Shown in pieces: positions 37,316-50,594 of a DNA stretch of 64,000 nt. Below the pieces are notes generated by a model. That model searched no databases, had not been told where the DNA came from, and saw nothing but the letters and a program-made list of their open reading frames with translations. Numbering within the stretch: the stretch's first letter is position 1; the number at the start of each line of letters is the position of its first letter. The position numbers and the translations under genes were made by a program. The DNA is from Raja brachyura (taxonomy: Eukaryota). Location of the stretch: positions 2,356,001-2,420,000 of the forward strand of contig OY740807.1 in assembly GCA_963514005.1 (NCBI GenBank), read 5' to 3'.

Positions 37316-39299
37316 TGTGGAGTCACTCACCGCGTTATCAGTGACTCCGATCGCGAACCCGACTTTCCCAGCTCTCCGCTTCCGCGGTCGGACCAGGGTT
37401 TTCCCCCAAAGCCCTAGGCTGGTTCCCTCGTCGGCTATCGCGAACATCCACTGCAAAAACCCCGGAGGTTCCTGCAGAGACCTAGAACAGGTAAGAAAAA
37501 TAACACTTACCTGCAACTTTTTTAGACTTACCATGGAGGAGCTGCGCTGCTCCACAGTCGTCTGCACGAAAAACGTCTGACGCAATGACGCACGAACGGC
37601 TGTACGGGGTTCTTCACGTAGTCACTCACGTGACTCCGAAGTAAAATGTAGATAAATGTGAGGTTATGCACTTTGGCAGAAAGAACAAGGAGGCAGATTA
37701 TTATCTCAATGATTCAGAAAAAAGGAAGTGCAATGAGACCTGGGTGTCCTTGTACACCAGTCACTGAAAGTAAACATGCAGGTACAGCAGGCAGTTAATC
37801 CCTGGAATGGCGGGACTGTGGTATGAGGAAAGATTGGAAAGATTGGGCTTGTATTCACTGGAATTTAGAGGGATGAGAGGGCCTTATAGAAATGTATACA
37901 ATTATAAAAGAACTGGACAAGCCAGATGGAGGAAAAATGTTTCCAAAGTCGAGGGAGTCCAGAACCAGTCTCCAGTTTAAAAGGGGAGACCTTTTAAAAC
38001 TGAGATGAGAAAAAATGTTTTCACCGAGAGTTGTGAATTTGTGGAATTCTCTGCTACAGAAGGCTGTGGAAGCCAATTCACTGGATTAATTTAAAAGTTA
38101 GAAAGAGCTCTTGGGGCTAATCGAATCAGTGGGTATGGGGAGAAGGCAGGCACAAGTTACTGATTGTGGATGATCAGCCATGATTGCAATAAACCGCAGT
38201 GCTGGCTCGATGGGCCGAATGGCTTCCTCCTACACTTATTTTCTCTGTTTCACAAAGCCAAATGCCATCTCGATGGTAAGCCATCGTTTCCGGTATTGCC
38301 AATTCCTGAATATGTTTTATATATTTCAAAAATAAGTTTCACTCAGAAAAAAAATATATACCATGTAACCATATAACCCTATAACAATTACAGCACGGAA
38401 ACAGGCCTTCTCGGCCCTTCCAGTCCGTGCCGACCATACAAAACAAAAACGGTGCAAGACCTCTTTATACGTTCTCAGTGTCTATATTTAATAGTGTCAT
38501 ATGCAGTAGTGTTCTCTTTAAAGACAATAACTTTGCCACGTTATACTCCATTAAGCTTGAAAGGACAAGAATCAGAATGTAGACAAAAATGCTGGAGAAA
38601 CTCAGCGGGTGAGGCAGCATCTAGGGAGCAAAGGAATAGACGACATTTTGGGTCGAGACCCTCCTTCAGACACGAAACGTCACCTGTTCCTTCGCCCCCT
38701 AGATGCTGTCTCACCCGCTGAGTTTCTCCAGCATTTTTGCCTGCCTTCGATTTTTCCAACATCTGCAGTTCTTTGTTAACCATCAGAATCAGGATCAGTT
38801 TCTTTCCATCTGTTGGAAATATACAAAGTGCTGGAATAACTCAGCAGGTCAAGCGGCATCCCTGGAGAACATGGATAGGCGTGATTTTGGATTTGCAGTC
38901 TGAAGTAGGGTCTCGACAGGAAACATCATCTATTCATGTTTTCCAGGGATGCTGCCTGACCCGCTGAGTTATTGCAACATTTTGTGTCTTTCCATGTAAA
39001 TCAACATCTACAGTTCCTTGTTTCTACTTTTTCCTATAAGGTGTTTCTACATCTGCTATCAGGCTTCTGAATGGTTCTTGCATAAGTTAGAATACTCTCT
39101 GTTTCCCCTCTACCCCACTGGGGACATTGGACTTTGTCTCTGAAACTGGTACACTATGGTAAGCAACCAGGCACCATGTGGTTAGTTGCTGAGAACTACA
39201 TTCTGCCCCTGTATTTTGGTGAGACCAAGCGGAAACCTTGCTCTCGACCCAGTATTCACTGGAGTTTAGAAGGATGAAGTTTAAAAGGTTAAGATTTTT

Positions 39300-41445
39300 A
39301 TAGTGTGAGTGAGTTGATTTAATTTGGGGGTAAGCCATGTCAGTTGAGATTGGCCCCATGGTTTGCTCATCCTGCAAAATGGGAGATCAGGGATATGGTC
39401 GGTGTCCCTGGTGACTACGTGTACAGGAAGTGTGTCCAGCTGCAGCTCCTGGCAGACCGCATTGAACGATTGGAGCTGCGGTTGGATTCATACTGGAGGA
39501 TCCATGATGCTGAGGAAGTCGTGAATAGCACGTAGAGTGAGTTGGCCACACCGCAGGTAAAAGTTAAAAGGACAGAAAGGGAACGGGTGGCCACTAGCCA
39601 GCATAGCAGTAGGGAGGTAGTGCAGGAGTCCCCTGCAGTAATCTTCCTCCTAAACAGATATACCATTTTGGATACTGTTGGAGGAGATGGCTCACTAGGG
39701 GAAGGCAGCAGCAGCCAAGTTCATGGCACCGTGGGTGGCTCTGTGGCACATGAGGGAGGAAAAAGAGTGGAAGGGCTATATTAATAGGGGATTCAATGGT
39801 AAGGGGAATAGATAGGCATTTCTGCGGCCTTAAACGAGACTCCAGGATGGTATGTTGCCTCCCTGGTGCAAGGGTCAGGGATGTCACTGAGCGGCTGCAG
39901 GATATTCTGGAGGGGGAGGGTAGACAGCCAGTTGTCGTGATGCACATTGGCACATACGATATACGTAAAGAACGGGATGAGGTCCTACAAGGTGAATTTA
40001 GGGAGCTAGCAGAAACACTTAAAAGTAGGACCTCAAAGGTAATAATCTCTGGATTACTACCAGTGCCATGTACTAGTTAGAGTAGAAATAGGAGGATATT
40101 GCAGATGAATACGTGGCTTGAAAAATGGTGCAAGGGGGAGGGATTCAAATTTCTAGGGCATTGGAACCAGTTCTGAGACCAGTACAAACAGGACGGTCTG
40201 CACCAGGGCTGGAATGGAACCAATGTCCTTGGGGGAGTGTTTGCTAGTGCTGTCGGGGAGGATTTAAACTGATATGACAGGGGGATGAGAGCATGAGCAG
40301 AGAGACAGAGGGGTGTAAAATGAGGGTAGAAGCAATAGGTAGCAAAGTGAAAAGTAAAAGTGGCAGGCAGACAAATCTAGGGCAAAAATCAAAAAGGGGC
40401 ACCTTTCAACATAATAGTATAAGGGGTAAGAGTGTTGTAAAAACAAGCCTGAAGTCTTTGTGTCTCAATGCAAGGAGCAGTCATAATAAGGTGGATGAGT
40501 TGAATGTGCAGATAGTTATTAATGAATATGATATAGTTGGGATCACGGAGACATGGCTCCAGGGTGACGAAGGCTGGGAACTGAACATCCAGGGATATTC
40601 AATATTCAGGAGGGATAGACAGAAAGGAAAAGGAGGTGGGGTAGCGTTGCTGCTTAGAGAGGAGATTAATGCAATAGAAAGGAACGACATTAGTCGTGCC
40701 CCAACATCGGTTGTGGGGAAAATACTAGTCATCAAAGATGGGATAGCAGCACCTTTGAAAAGTGGTGAAATCATTGGACAAAGTCAGCATGGATTTATGA
40801 AAGATAAATCAAGTCTGACGAATCTTATACGATTTTTCGAGGGTGTAACATGTAGAGTGGATAAGGGAGAACCAGTGGATGTGTTATATCTGGACTTTCA
40901 GAACGCTTTCGACAAGGTCCCACATAAGATATTAGTATGCAAACTTAAAGCACACGGTATTGGGGGTTCAGTATTCATATGGATCGAGAACTGGCTGGCA
41001 GACAGGTAGCAAAGGGAAGGAGTAAATGGGTCCTTTTCAGAATTTAGAAGGATGAGAGGGGATCTTATTAAAACATGTAAGATTATTAAGGGTTTGGACA
41101 CGGTAGAGTCAGGAAACATGTTCCCGATGTTGGGGGGTCTGGAACCAGGGGCCACAGTTTAAGAATAAGGAGTAAGCCATTTAGACCGGAGAGGATGAAA
41201 CACTTTTTCACACAGAGAGTTGTGAGTCTGTGGAATTTTCTGCCTCAGAAGGTGGTAGAGGCCAGTTCTCTGGATACTTTCAAAAGAGAGCTAGATATGG
41301 CCCTAAAAGATAGCGGAGTCAGGGGAAATGGGAAAAAGGCAGGAACGGGGTACGGATAGTGGATGATCAGCCATGACCACTTTGAATGGCAGTGCTGGTT
41401 CGAAGGGGCGAAATACTACTCCTGCACCTATTGTCCATTGTCTAT
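39300..41445 (+). mobile_element. CR1 with ORF1 remnant and internally deleted ORF2
   Basis: ORF1 zinc finger/esterase remnants 39344-40270; APE fused to RT at about 40695; second deletion at about 41040. Confidence 0.88.
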
Positions 41446-42500
41446 TGACAACACTTCTTCTCACTCTACTAAAGACTCTATCCCCTACTCCCAATTCCTC
41501 CTTCTACGCCGCATTTGTGCCCAAGATGAGGTGTTCCTTATTGGAACATCCGAGATGTTCATATTCTTTAGGGAACGGGGCTTCCCCTCTCCCATCACAG
41601 ATGAGGCCCTCACTCATGTCTCCTCGGTACCCCACAGCTCTGCCCTTGCTTTCCCTAGGTGCAACAGAGACAGGAGTCCCCCTAGTCCTTACCTTCCACC
41701 CCATCAGCCGTCGCATAGAACACATAATCCTCAGAAATTTCCGCCACCTCCAATGGGATCCCACCACTAGCCACATTTTCGCATTTCCACCCCTTTCCTC
41801 AGAGACCGTTCCCTCCGCAACTCCCATTCCTTCCCACCCAACATACTTCCTCCCCAGGTACCTTCACCTGCAATCGCAGAGATGCAACACCTGTCGCTAT
41901 ACCTCCTCCCTCGACTCTGTCCAGGGACACCGACAGTCCTTTCAGGTTAGACCGAGGTCCACTTGCATCTCCTCCAACCTCGTCTACTGTATCCGTTGTT
42001 CAAGATGTGGACTCTTATTCATCGGTGAGACCAAACGCAGACCGGGCGATCGTTTCGCAGAACACCTTTAATTCTCCTTCCCATTCCTACATAGACCTTA
42101 ATGTCCTCGGTCTCCTCCATTGTCAGAGTGAGGCTAAACGCAACTTGAATATCTTTTATTCATCATTCTTTATCTCTCAACATCACCTTTTATATTTCTC
42201 GAATCCCCTCCACCACCCGTCGCACTAGCTTCTCATTTTCACCCGACAAACAGTTTACCATGGCCTGTTTCCTTTATCATTGTTACTTTTTTTGCATATC
42301 TTTTATTCATTGTTCTTTATCTCTCAACATCACCTTTTATATCTCTCGATTCCCTTACCCCTAATCAGGCTGAAGAAGGGTCCCGACCTGAAATATCACC
42401 TACCAATGTTCTCCGGAAATGTTGCCTGACCTGCTGTGTCCAGCACTGTCTTTATTTGTAAACCAGCATCACCAATTGTTTGTTTCTGTAGTCTGCACCT
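41446..42500 (+). mobile_element. Penelope-like element remnant
   Basis: SIPYSQFL.LRRIC; GIY-YIG CISSNLVYCIRCSRCGLLFIGETKRR; 3' CTGAAGA..GAAA motif at about 42370. Confidence 0.85.
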
Positions 42501-43388
42501 TTCCCCTTTGCTCCTTGACGTGAGTTTGATGATTGTATTTATGTATAGTGTTATCTGATCTGATTGTACAGTCTGCAAATCAGAGCGTTTCACTGTAACT
42601 CGGTACATGTGACAATAATCGCACTACATCTCTCTCCCTGCCCCTCATCTCTTTATCCAATTCATTGAGCACTCCAGTAGGTCTGGAAAAGTATTTTTCG
42701 TCGAGTGATCTATCTTGCTTGCTATAGGATCTTTGGTCCAAAGTAGTGGATGGGAAGGAGGGGTGAGGCGGGGACTGGGATGCGATAGGTGAAAGCAGGT
42801 AGACACAAAAAGCTGGAGTAACTCAGTGGGTCAGACAGCATCTCTGGAGAAAAGGAATAGGTGATGTTTTGGGTCGAGACCCTTCTTCAGACCCGACCCT
42901 TCAGTCTGGACCCGAAACGCCACCTATTCCATTTCTCCAGAGATGCCGTCTGAGTTCTATCCCACACATTAGGTGAAACCCGGTGTTCGGGGAGGAACAA
43001 TGAACCAACAAGAAGTTGCCCTGGTGGTTTGGTAATTGCTTGAGGGGACTGGGGGGAGGGGGTGGGAAGAAAGATTGACCATGGAGAAGTAACTCGGCTG
43101 TTGTTATTGTACTTACCTCAACTACCTCCTCTGGGAGCTCATTCCATATACCCACCACCATCTGTGTTACTCCTTAGGTTCCTATTGCATCTTTCCCCTA
43201 TCAGCTTACACCTATGCCCATTGGTTCTTGATTCTTCTACATTGGGTAAAAGACCATGCATTTACCCAAACTTATGCCCTCATGATCTTATACACTCAAT
43301 AAGAACACCCCTCATCTTCCTGCGCTCCAAGAAATGAAGTCCTAGCCTGCTCAACCTCTCCCTATAGTTCGGGTCCTTAATTCCTTAA

Positions 43389-44497
43389 TTGCAAAGAGTA
43401 GGAGTAAACGGGTCGTTGCAAAGAGTAGGAGTAAACGGATCGTTTTCACAATGGCAGGCAGTGACTAGTGGGGTACCGCAAGGCTCAGTGCTGGGACCCC
43501 AGCTATTTTCAATATACATAAATGATCTGGATGAGGGAATTGAAGGCAATATCTCCAAGTTTGCGGATGACACTAAGCTGGGGGGCAGTGTTAGCTGTGA
43601 GGAGGATGCTAGGAGACTGCAAGGTGACTTGGATAGGCTGGGTGAGTGGGCAAATGCATGGCAGATGCAGTATAATGTGGATAAATGTGAGGTTATCCAC
43701 TTTGGTGGCAAAAATGGGAAAACAGACTATTATCTAAATGGAGGCCGATTAGGAAAAGGGGAAATGCAGCGCGACCTAGGTGTCATGGTACACCAGTCAT
43801 TGAAAGTAGGCATGCAGGTACAGCAGGCAGTGAAGAAAGCGAATGGTATGTTAGCTTTCATAGCAAAAGGATTTGAGTATAGGAGCAGGGAGGTTCTACT
43901 TCAGTTGTATAGGGTCTTGGTGAGGCCACACCTGGAGTATTGCGTACAGTTCTGGTCTCCAAATCTGAGGAAGGACATTATTGCCATAGAGGGAGTGCAG
44001 CGAAGGTTCACCAGACTGATTCCTGGGATGTCAGGACTGTCTTATGAACAAAGACTGCATAGACTCGGTTTATACTCTCTAGAATTTAAGAGATTGAGAG
44101 GGGATCTTATAGAAACTTACAAGATTCTTAAGGGGCTGGACAGGCTAGATGCAGGAAGATTGTTCCCGGTGTTGGGGAGGTCCAGGACAAGGGGTCACAG
44201 CTTAAGGATAAGTGGGAAATCCTTTAAGACCGAGATGAGAAGGAATTTTTTCACACAGAGAGTGGTGGGTCTCTGGAACTCTCTGCCACAGAGGGTAGTT
44301 GAGGCCAGTTCATTGGCTATATTTAAGAGGGAGTTAGATGTGGCCCTTGTGGCTAAGGGGATCAGAAGGTATGGAGAGAAGGCAGGTACGGGATACTGAG
44401 TTGGATGATCAGCCATGATCATATTGAATGGCGGTGCAGGCTCGAAGGGCCGAATGGCCTACTCCTGCGCCTAATTTCTATGTTTCTATGTTTCTAT
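43389..44497 (+). mobile_element. Young 5'-truncated CR1 nested in an older minus-strand CR1
   Basis: 336-aa open RT C-terminal half; 27-bp tandem duplication at the 5' junction. Confidence 0.93.
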
Positions 44498-44899
44498 ATT
44501 TCCTGGCACCATCCTTGTAAATCATCCCTGCACTCTTTCCAGCTATAAAATCCTTCCAAAGGCAGGGAGGCCAAAACTGAACACAATACTGTAAATCGGC
44601 GCATACACAATACTCAAAGTCATCCATTCCTTCTCTCCAGCTGTTAGTGTCTTTCAGTTTAAACCAGCATCTGCAGTTCCTTCTTACACATCCCAACTTC
44701 TACACTCAATACCATGACTGATGAAGGCCCATGTACTGAAAGCCCCTCAGATCACCACTCAGCCTCCTGTGCTCAAAGGAATACAAAGTCCTACCCTGCC
44801 CATCTTCTTGCTAAAGCTTCAAAGGTACTTTATTGTGTCATGTATCTAAGTACAATTAAATTCTTTGTGGAAGCGTGGAAAAAAGAAACCGGGAGTGAG

Positions 44900-45235
44900 A
44901 AAAAGCTGGAGAGATGACCTCAGGTGAGCAGATTCCCTGATAGGCCAATTGTTGGATAAAAACAGGTGAGAGCCCAAGGGGAATAAATAGTTGTGAACTG
45001 TGATGCTGGGGGGGGGGGGGGGGGGGAATATGAGGTGCAGTTCCTCCAATTTGTGTGTGGCATCACTCTGGTAATATTGAAGGCCCAGCAAGGTAAGTGT
45101 GGGAATAGGGAGCGGAGTTCAGTTAGCAACCCAGAGATCCCGTGGGCCTTGGCGGACTGAGCGCAAGTGTTCGACAAAGTGGTCGCCAAATCTATGCTTG
45201 GTCTCGCTGACGTGCACTAGGCCACATCTACAGGG
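44900..45235 (-). mobile_element. Penelope GIY-YIG remnant
   Basis: GDHFVEHLRSVRQG..HKLEELHLIF. Confidence 0.65.
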
Positions 45236-45339
45236 AGGCCATTAATATGTGATTAATGGTGGGATCCTATTGGAGGTGACGGTAATGTCATGAGGGATCT
45301 CATACAGGACAGAGGCACAGGAGAGGCTAGAAGTTGGTA

Positions 45340-48240
45340 TGGAGGGTGGTGTGGGAAAGGTTAATGTACTGAATAGGCAAAAAGCCGGAGAGAGGGGAAG
45401 GAGGGTTGGTTAAACTGCATGTATTTTAATGCAAGGGGCTTGACGGGTAAGGCAGATGAGCTTAGGGAGTGGATAGCTACGAGTGACTGGGACGTTGTAG
45501 CCATGACTGAAACCTGGAAAGGGGAGGGGCAGGACTGGCAGCTCAATGTTGTGGGGTACAGGAGCTTCAGGAGAAACAGGGTGAGGAAAAAAGAGTTGTA
45601 TTGTGGTTAAGGAGGATGTCACGGCTGTGTTCAGAGGTGACATTATGGACAGTTTGTCTAGTGGGTGGAGCTGAGCAACAAGAAAAGGATGATCACCTTG
45701 TTGGGAGTGTACTACAGACCCCCCCACACGTGAGAGAACAACGGTGGATCTAGTATTGGGAAATTGGGAAGGGCAAGTTAATGAAGTGTGTGTGGAGCAG
45801 CCTTTTGGGACATGTGACCACAGTTCGATTAGTTTTAAGATAGCTATGGGTCGGGACAGAGAGGGTCCACATGTTAAAATGCCCAACTGGGGTAAGGCCA
45901 ACTTTGAGGGTATGAGAGTAGGTCTTGCTCAAGTTGACTGGAGCAGGTTATTTGATGAAAAGGGACATCGGCCAAGTGGGATGTCTTCAAAAGTGTAATG
46001 ATGAGAGCTCAGGATGTGTACGTCCCCGTTAAGAGTAAAATGCAAAGCAGGCAAACGTAGGGAAACTTGGCTGACAAGGGAAATGGAGATGTTAGTCAAA
46101 AACGAGAAGGATGCATGGGACTGGTATAGGCAGATGGGATCAAGTGCATCCCTTCAGAAGTTTCGGGAAGCAAGGAGCAAATTAAAAAAGGAGATCAGAA
46201 GGGCAAAAACAGGCCAGGAGATAGCTCTGGTGGGTAGCATGAAAATAATCCCAAAAGATTTTATAAATACTCGACCTTCACACGGGAGGCCTGGTCCCCA
46301 ACGCAATTACCTCGCCATCCCTCCTTCTACCCCTCTCCTCCTCCATTCTCCCTCATCCTGCAGAACTCCCCTCACGCTTCACCCTCCCTCTTCTTTTTCC
46401 TCTCCTCCTCCCCTCCCCCACTGCCACCCTCACCTCTCCCTCCCTTCTCCCTCCCTTTCATTTCCCCTCCCTCACTCACTCAATGAAAATCGTAATGTTT
46501 CCAAATGAAACCTCCCCCCTATCCCATCCCTTCAAAATGATAATCGCGATGTTTTTTTTGAAAAAAGCATTTTTTAAAGTAAGTGAGATTCGGGATCGCA
46601 TTGTGCCGTCATACGCTGCTAACGGGCTGTACAAGTGGAAGTGATTTTTGTCAAAGTGGTTTTCGTACAATTTAAAATGTGAATAACCGAGTTACCCCTC
46701 GGATTTGTATTAAATCTTTTCCCCTTCACCTTGATCCAATGTCCTCTGGTCCTCGATTCCCATACTCTGGGTAAAAAACTCTGTGCATCTAACTGATCTA
46801 TTCCTCTCATGATTTTGTATGCCTCAATAAGATCCCTCATCCTCCTAAGCTCCGTGGAATAGAGACCCAGCCTACTTAACCTCTCCCTGTAACTCACACC
46901 CTCTAGTCCTGGCAACATCCTCGTAAATCGTTTCTGAACCCTTTCAAGCTTGACAATATCTTTCCTATAACATGGTGCCCAGAACTGAACGCAATATTCT
47001 CAATGCAGTCTCACCAACATCTTATATAACTGCAACATGACCACCCAACTTCTATACCCAATACTCTGACTGATGAAGGACAAAGTTCCAAAAGCCTTTT
47101 TGACCACCTTATCTACCTGCGACTCGACCTTCAACGAACCATGCACCTGTACTCCTAGATCCCTCTGCTCTACAACAAGACCCAGAGGCCGACCATTTAC
47201 TGTGTAGATCCTGCCCTTGTTCGACATCCCAAAATGCAACACCTCACACTTCTCTGTATTAAATTACATCAACCATTCCTCCGCCCACCTGGCCAATCGA
47301 TCCAGATCCTGCTGCAATCGTTCACAACCATCTACACTATCTGCAAAACCACTAACCATCAGCAAACTTGCTAATCTTGCCCTGTACGTTCTCATCCAAA
47401 TCATTGATGTAGATGACAAACAGTAATGGGCCCAGCACCGAACCCTGTGGCACACCACCAGTCACATGCCTCCATTCTGAGAACCAACCTTCCACCATCA
47501 CCCTCTGCTTCCTTCTATGGAGCGCTTTTGCTTCCATTCAGCTATCTCTCCTTGGATCCCATGAAATCTAACCTTCCAGTGCAGCCTACCATGCGGCACC
47601 TTGTCGAACACCTTACTAAACTCCGTGTACACTACATCTCCAGCGCTGCCCTCATCAACCTTTTTGGTCACGTCTTCAAAACAATCGATCAGATTTGTGA
47701 GACACGACCTCCCAATTACAAAATCATGCTGACTGTCCCTAATCAGCCCTTGCCCATCCAAATGCCTGTATATTCTATCCCACAGAATACTCTCCAGTAA
47801 CTAACTAACTACAGATGTTAAGCTCACCGGCCTATAGTTCCCAACATTTTCCCTGAAGTCCTTCTTGAAAAGAGGCACAACATTTGCCACCCTCCAATCC
47901 TCTGGCACCTCTCCTGTATTGAAGGACGACTTATAAATTTCAACCAGGGCTCCCGCAATTTCCTGCAATATCCTCGGATATATCTGATCAGGCCCCAGAG
48001 ATTTGTCTACCTTCAAACACGACAGTACCTTCAGTACTTCCTCGACGGTAACCCTGACTGCTCTCATGACACTTCCAGTGACCGCTCCAATTTCCTCCAT
48101 CCTCCTGTCTTTCTCATCAATAAATACAGAGGAGAAATACTCATTGAGGACTTTACCCATCTGCTGTGGCTCCACACAGAGGTGACCGCTTTTATTCCTG
48201 AGAGGTCCTACTCTCTCTCTAGTTACCCTTTCCCCTCTAT
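45340..48240. mobile_element. One CR1 ORF2 in two orientations (45340-46268 +, 46690-48238 -)
   Basis: The APE half ends at NPKRFYKY and the minus part starts at RGKRVTRERVGP, contiguous in ORF2. Confidence 0.75.
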
Positions 48241-48529
48241 CTATCTGTCAGTCTGTCTGTCTGTCTGTCTATCTTTCAAACTCTCATCTTGTATGTTTGT
48301 CTGTCTATGAGAGTGGTCCTGCAATTAAGTCAACACGATAGCGCAAATATTTTTGGCTTACCTTACCATTGTCCTGTGGTGTGGTGTATGAAAGTTTTGT
48401 TCAGATTGATGGTATATTTTACAAGTTATTCACATTATAAACTTTACAAAAAGCACTTTTACAAACATAACTTGCCCTGCAGCAAGCATATGACCTCATG
48501 ACGTCACACAGCCAACGACGTCATGATAT

Positions 48530-50290
48530 CACCATATAACCATATAACAATAACCACATAACAATTACATCACGGAAACAGGCCTTCTCGGCCCTTCTAG
48601 TCCGTGCCGACCATTTATTTTCCCCTAGTCCCATCTACCTGCACTCTGACCATACCCCTCCATTCCCTTCCCATCCATATACATATCCACTTTACTTTTA
48701 AATGTTAAAATCGATCCTGCCTCCACCACTTCTGCTGGAAGCTCATTCCACACAGCCACCACTCTCTGAGTAAAGACGTTCCCCTCATGTTACCCCTAAA
48801 CTTCTGTCCCTTAATTCTCATGTCATGCCCTCTTGTTTGAATCTTCACTACCCTCAATGGGAAAAGCTAATCCACATTAACTCTGTCTATTCCTTTCATC
48901 ATTTTAAAGACCTCAATCAAGTCCCCCCCTTAACCTTCTGCGCTCCAAAGAATAAAGACCTAACTTGTTCAACCTTTCTCTGTAACTTAGTTGCTGGAAC
49001 CCAGGCAACATTCTAGTAAATCTCCTCTGTACTCTCTCTACTTTGTTGACATCCTTCGTATAATTAGGCGACCAAAATTGTACACCATACTCCAGAATTG
49101 GTCTCACCAATGCCGTGTACAATTTTAACATTACTTCCCTCCTCCTATATTCAATGCTCTGATTTATAAAGGCCAGCACACCGAAAGCGTCTTTACCACC
49201 CTATCTACATGCGATTCCACCTTCAGGGAACTATGCACAGTTATTCCTAGATCCCTCTGTTCCACAGCATTCCTCAATTCCCTACCATTTACCATTTACC
49301 ATGTACGTCCTATTTTGATTTGTCCTGTCAAGATGTAGCACCTCACACTTATCAGCATTAAACTCTATCTGCCATCTTTCAGCCCACTCTTCCAAATGGC
49401 CCAAATCTCTCTGTAGACTCTGAAAATCTACTTCATTATCCACAGCACCACCTATCTTAGTATCATCTGCATACCTACTTATCCAATTTTCCACCCCATC
49501 ATCTAGATCATTGATGTACATGACAAACAACAGTGGACCCAACAGTGGATCCCTGAGGAACCCCACTGGTCACCAGCTTCCAACCTGACAAACAGCCATC
49601 CACCATTACTCTCTGACATCTCCCATTCAGCCACTGTTGAATCCATCTCGCTACTCCGCCATTAACACCCAAAGATTGAACCTTCTTAACCAACCTTCCA
49701 TGGGGAACCTTGGCAAAGGTCTTACTGGAATCCATATAGACAACATACACTGCTTTACCCTCATCAATTTCCCTTATAACCTCTTCAAAAAATTCAAGAA
49801 GGTTTGTCAAACATGATCTTCCAGGCACAAATCCATGTTGACTGTTCCTGATGAGACCCTGGTTATCCAGATGCTTATATATATAATCTCTAAGTATCCT
49901 TTCCATTAATTTGCCCACCACTGACATCAAACTAACATGTCTATAATTGCTAGGTTTATTCTTTGAACCCTTTTTAAACAATGGAACAACATGCGCAGTA
50001 CGCCAATCCTCCGGCACTATTCCCGTTTCTAATGACATTTGAAATATTTCTGTCATAGCTCCTGCTATTTCTACACTAACTTCCCTCAATGTCCTAGGGA
50101 ATATCCTGTCAGGACCTGGAGACTTATCCACTTTTATATTTTTCAAAAGTATTTCCTCCTCTTTGAATCTCATAGTTCCATAGCTCCTCTACTTTTTTCC
50201 CTTACCTCACAGAGTTCAATATCCTTCTCCTTGGTGAATACCGAAGAAAATAAATTGTTCAATATCTCCCCCAACTCTTTTGGCTCTGCA
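48530..50290 (-). mobile_element. CR1 (ATATGGTT-tail subfamily) 3' part
   Basis: RT ORFs 49508-50173, 49282-49566, 48913-49179. Confidence 0.9.
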
Positions 50291-50594
50291 AAATTATATT
50301 CGTTATATTATATTTATATAATATAATTATATATAATTACACTCACATTCACAAGCATACATATTTGTTAAAACAGCAGCACAGAATTAAGCTCCCATGC
50401 AGTAATATGGGTGTTAGACACTAGATGGCGCCTACTTTTTCGACATCATATTCTAATTGGATTCATGAATTAATGTGCAACTTTTTGCACTGACGAGTTA
50501 TGACTTCCTTCTCAATTATGTTATATCTAAATCTGTGCAAACTTTCAAGTATTTCCCAGACACGGGTGACACAAATTCTAGACACATTTTCTAG

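Larger units (their letters stand above)
32316..37647 (-). mobile_element. Non-autonomous (coding-decayed) DIRS element
   Basis: Same terminal sequences as the intact copy, ICR at about 32530-32642, matching ITRs, YR remnant (SHSTRAATTSAAR, 32839-33048). Splits a CR1 at CAGTAT[AAT]..[AAT]GTAGATAAATG. Confidence 0.9.
31350..38250 (+). mobile_element. Degenerate CR1 interrupted by DIRS (31350-32318 and 37645-38250)
   Basis: WQMQYN|VDKCEV continuity across the DIRS insertion. Confidence 0.88.
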
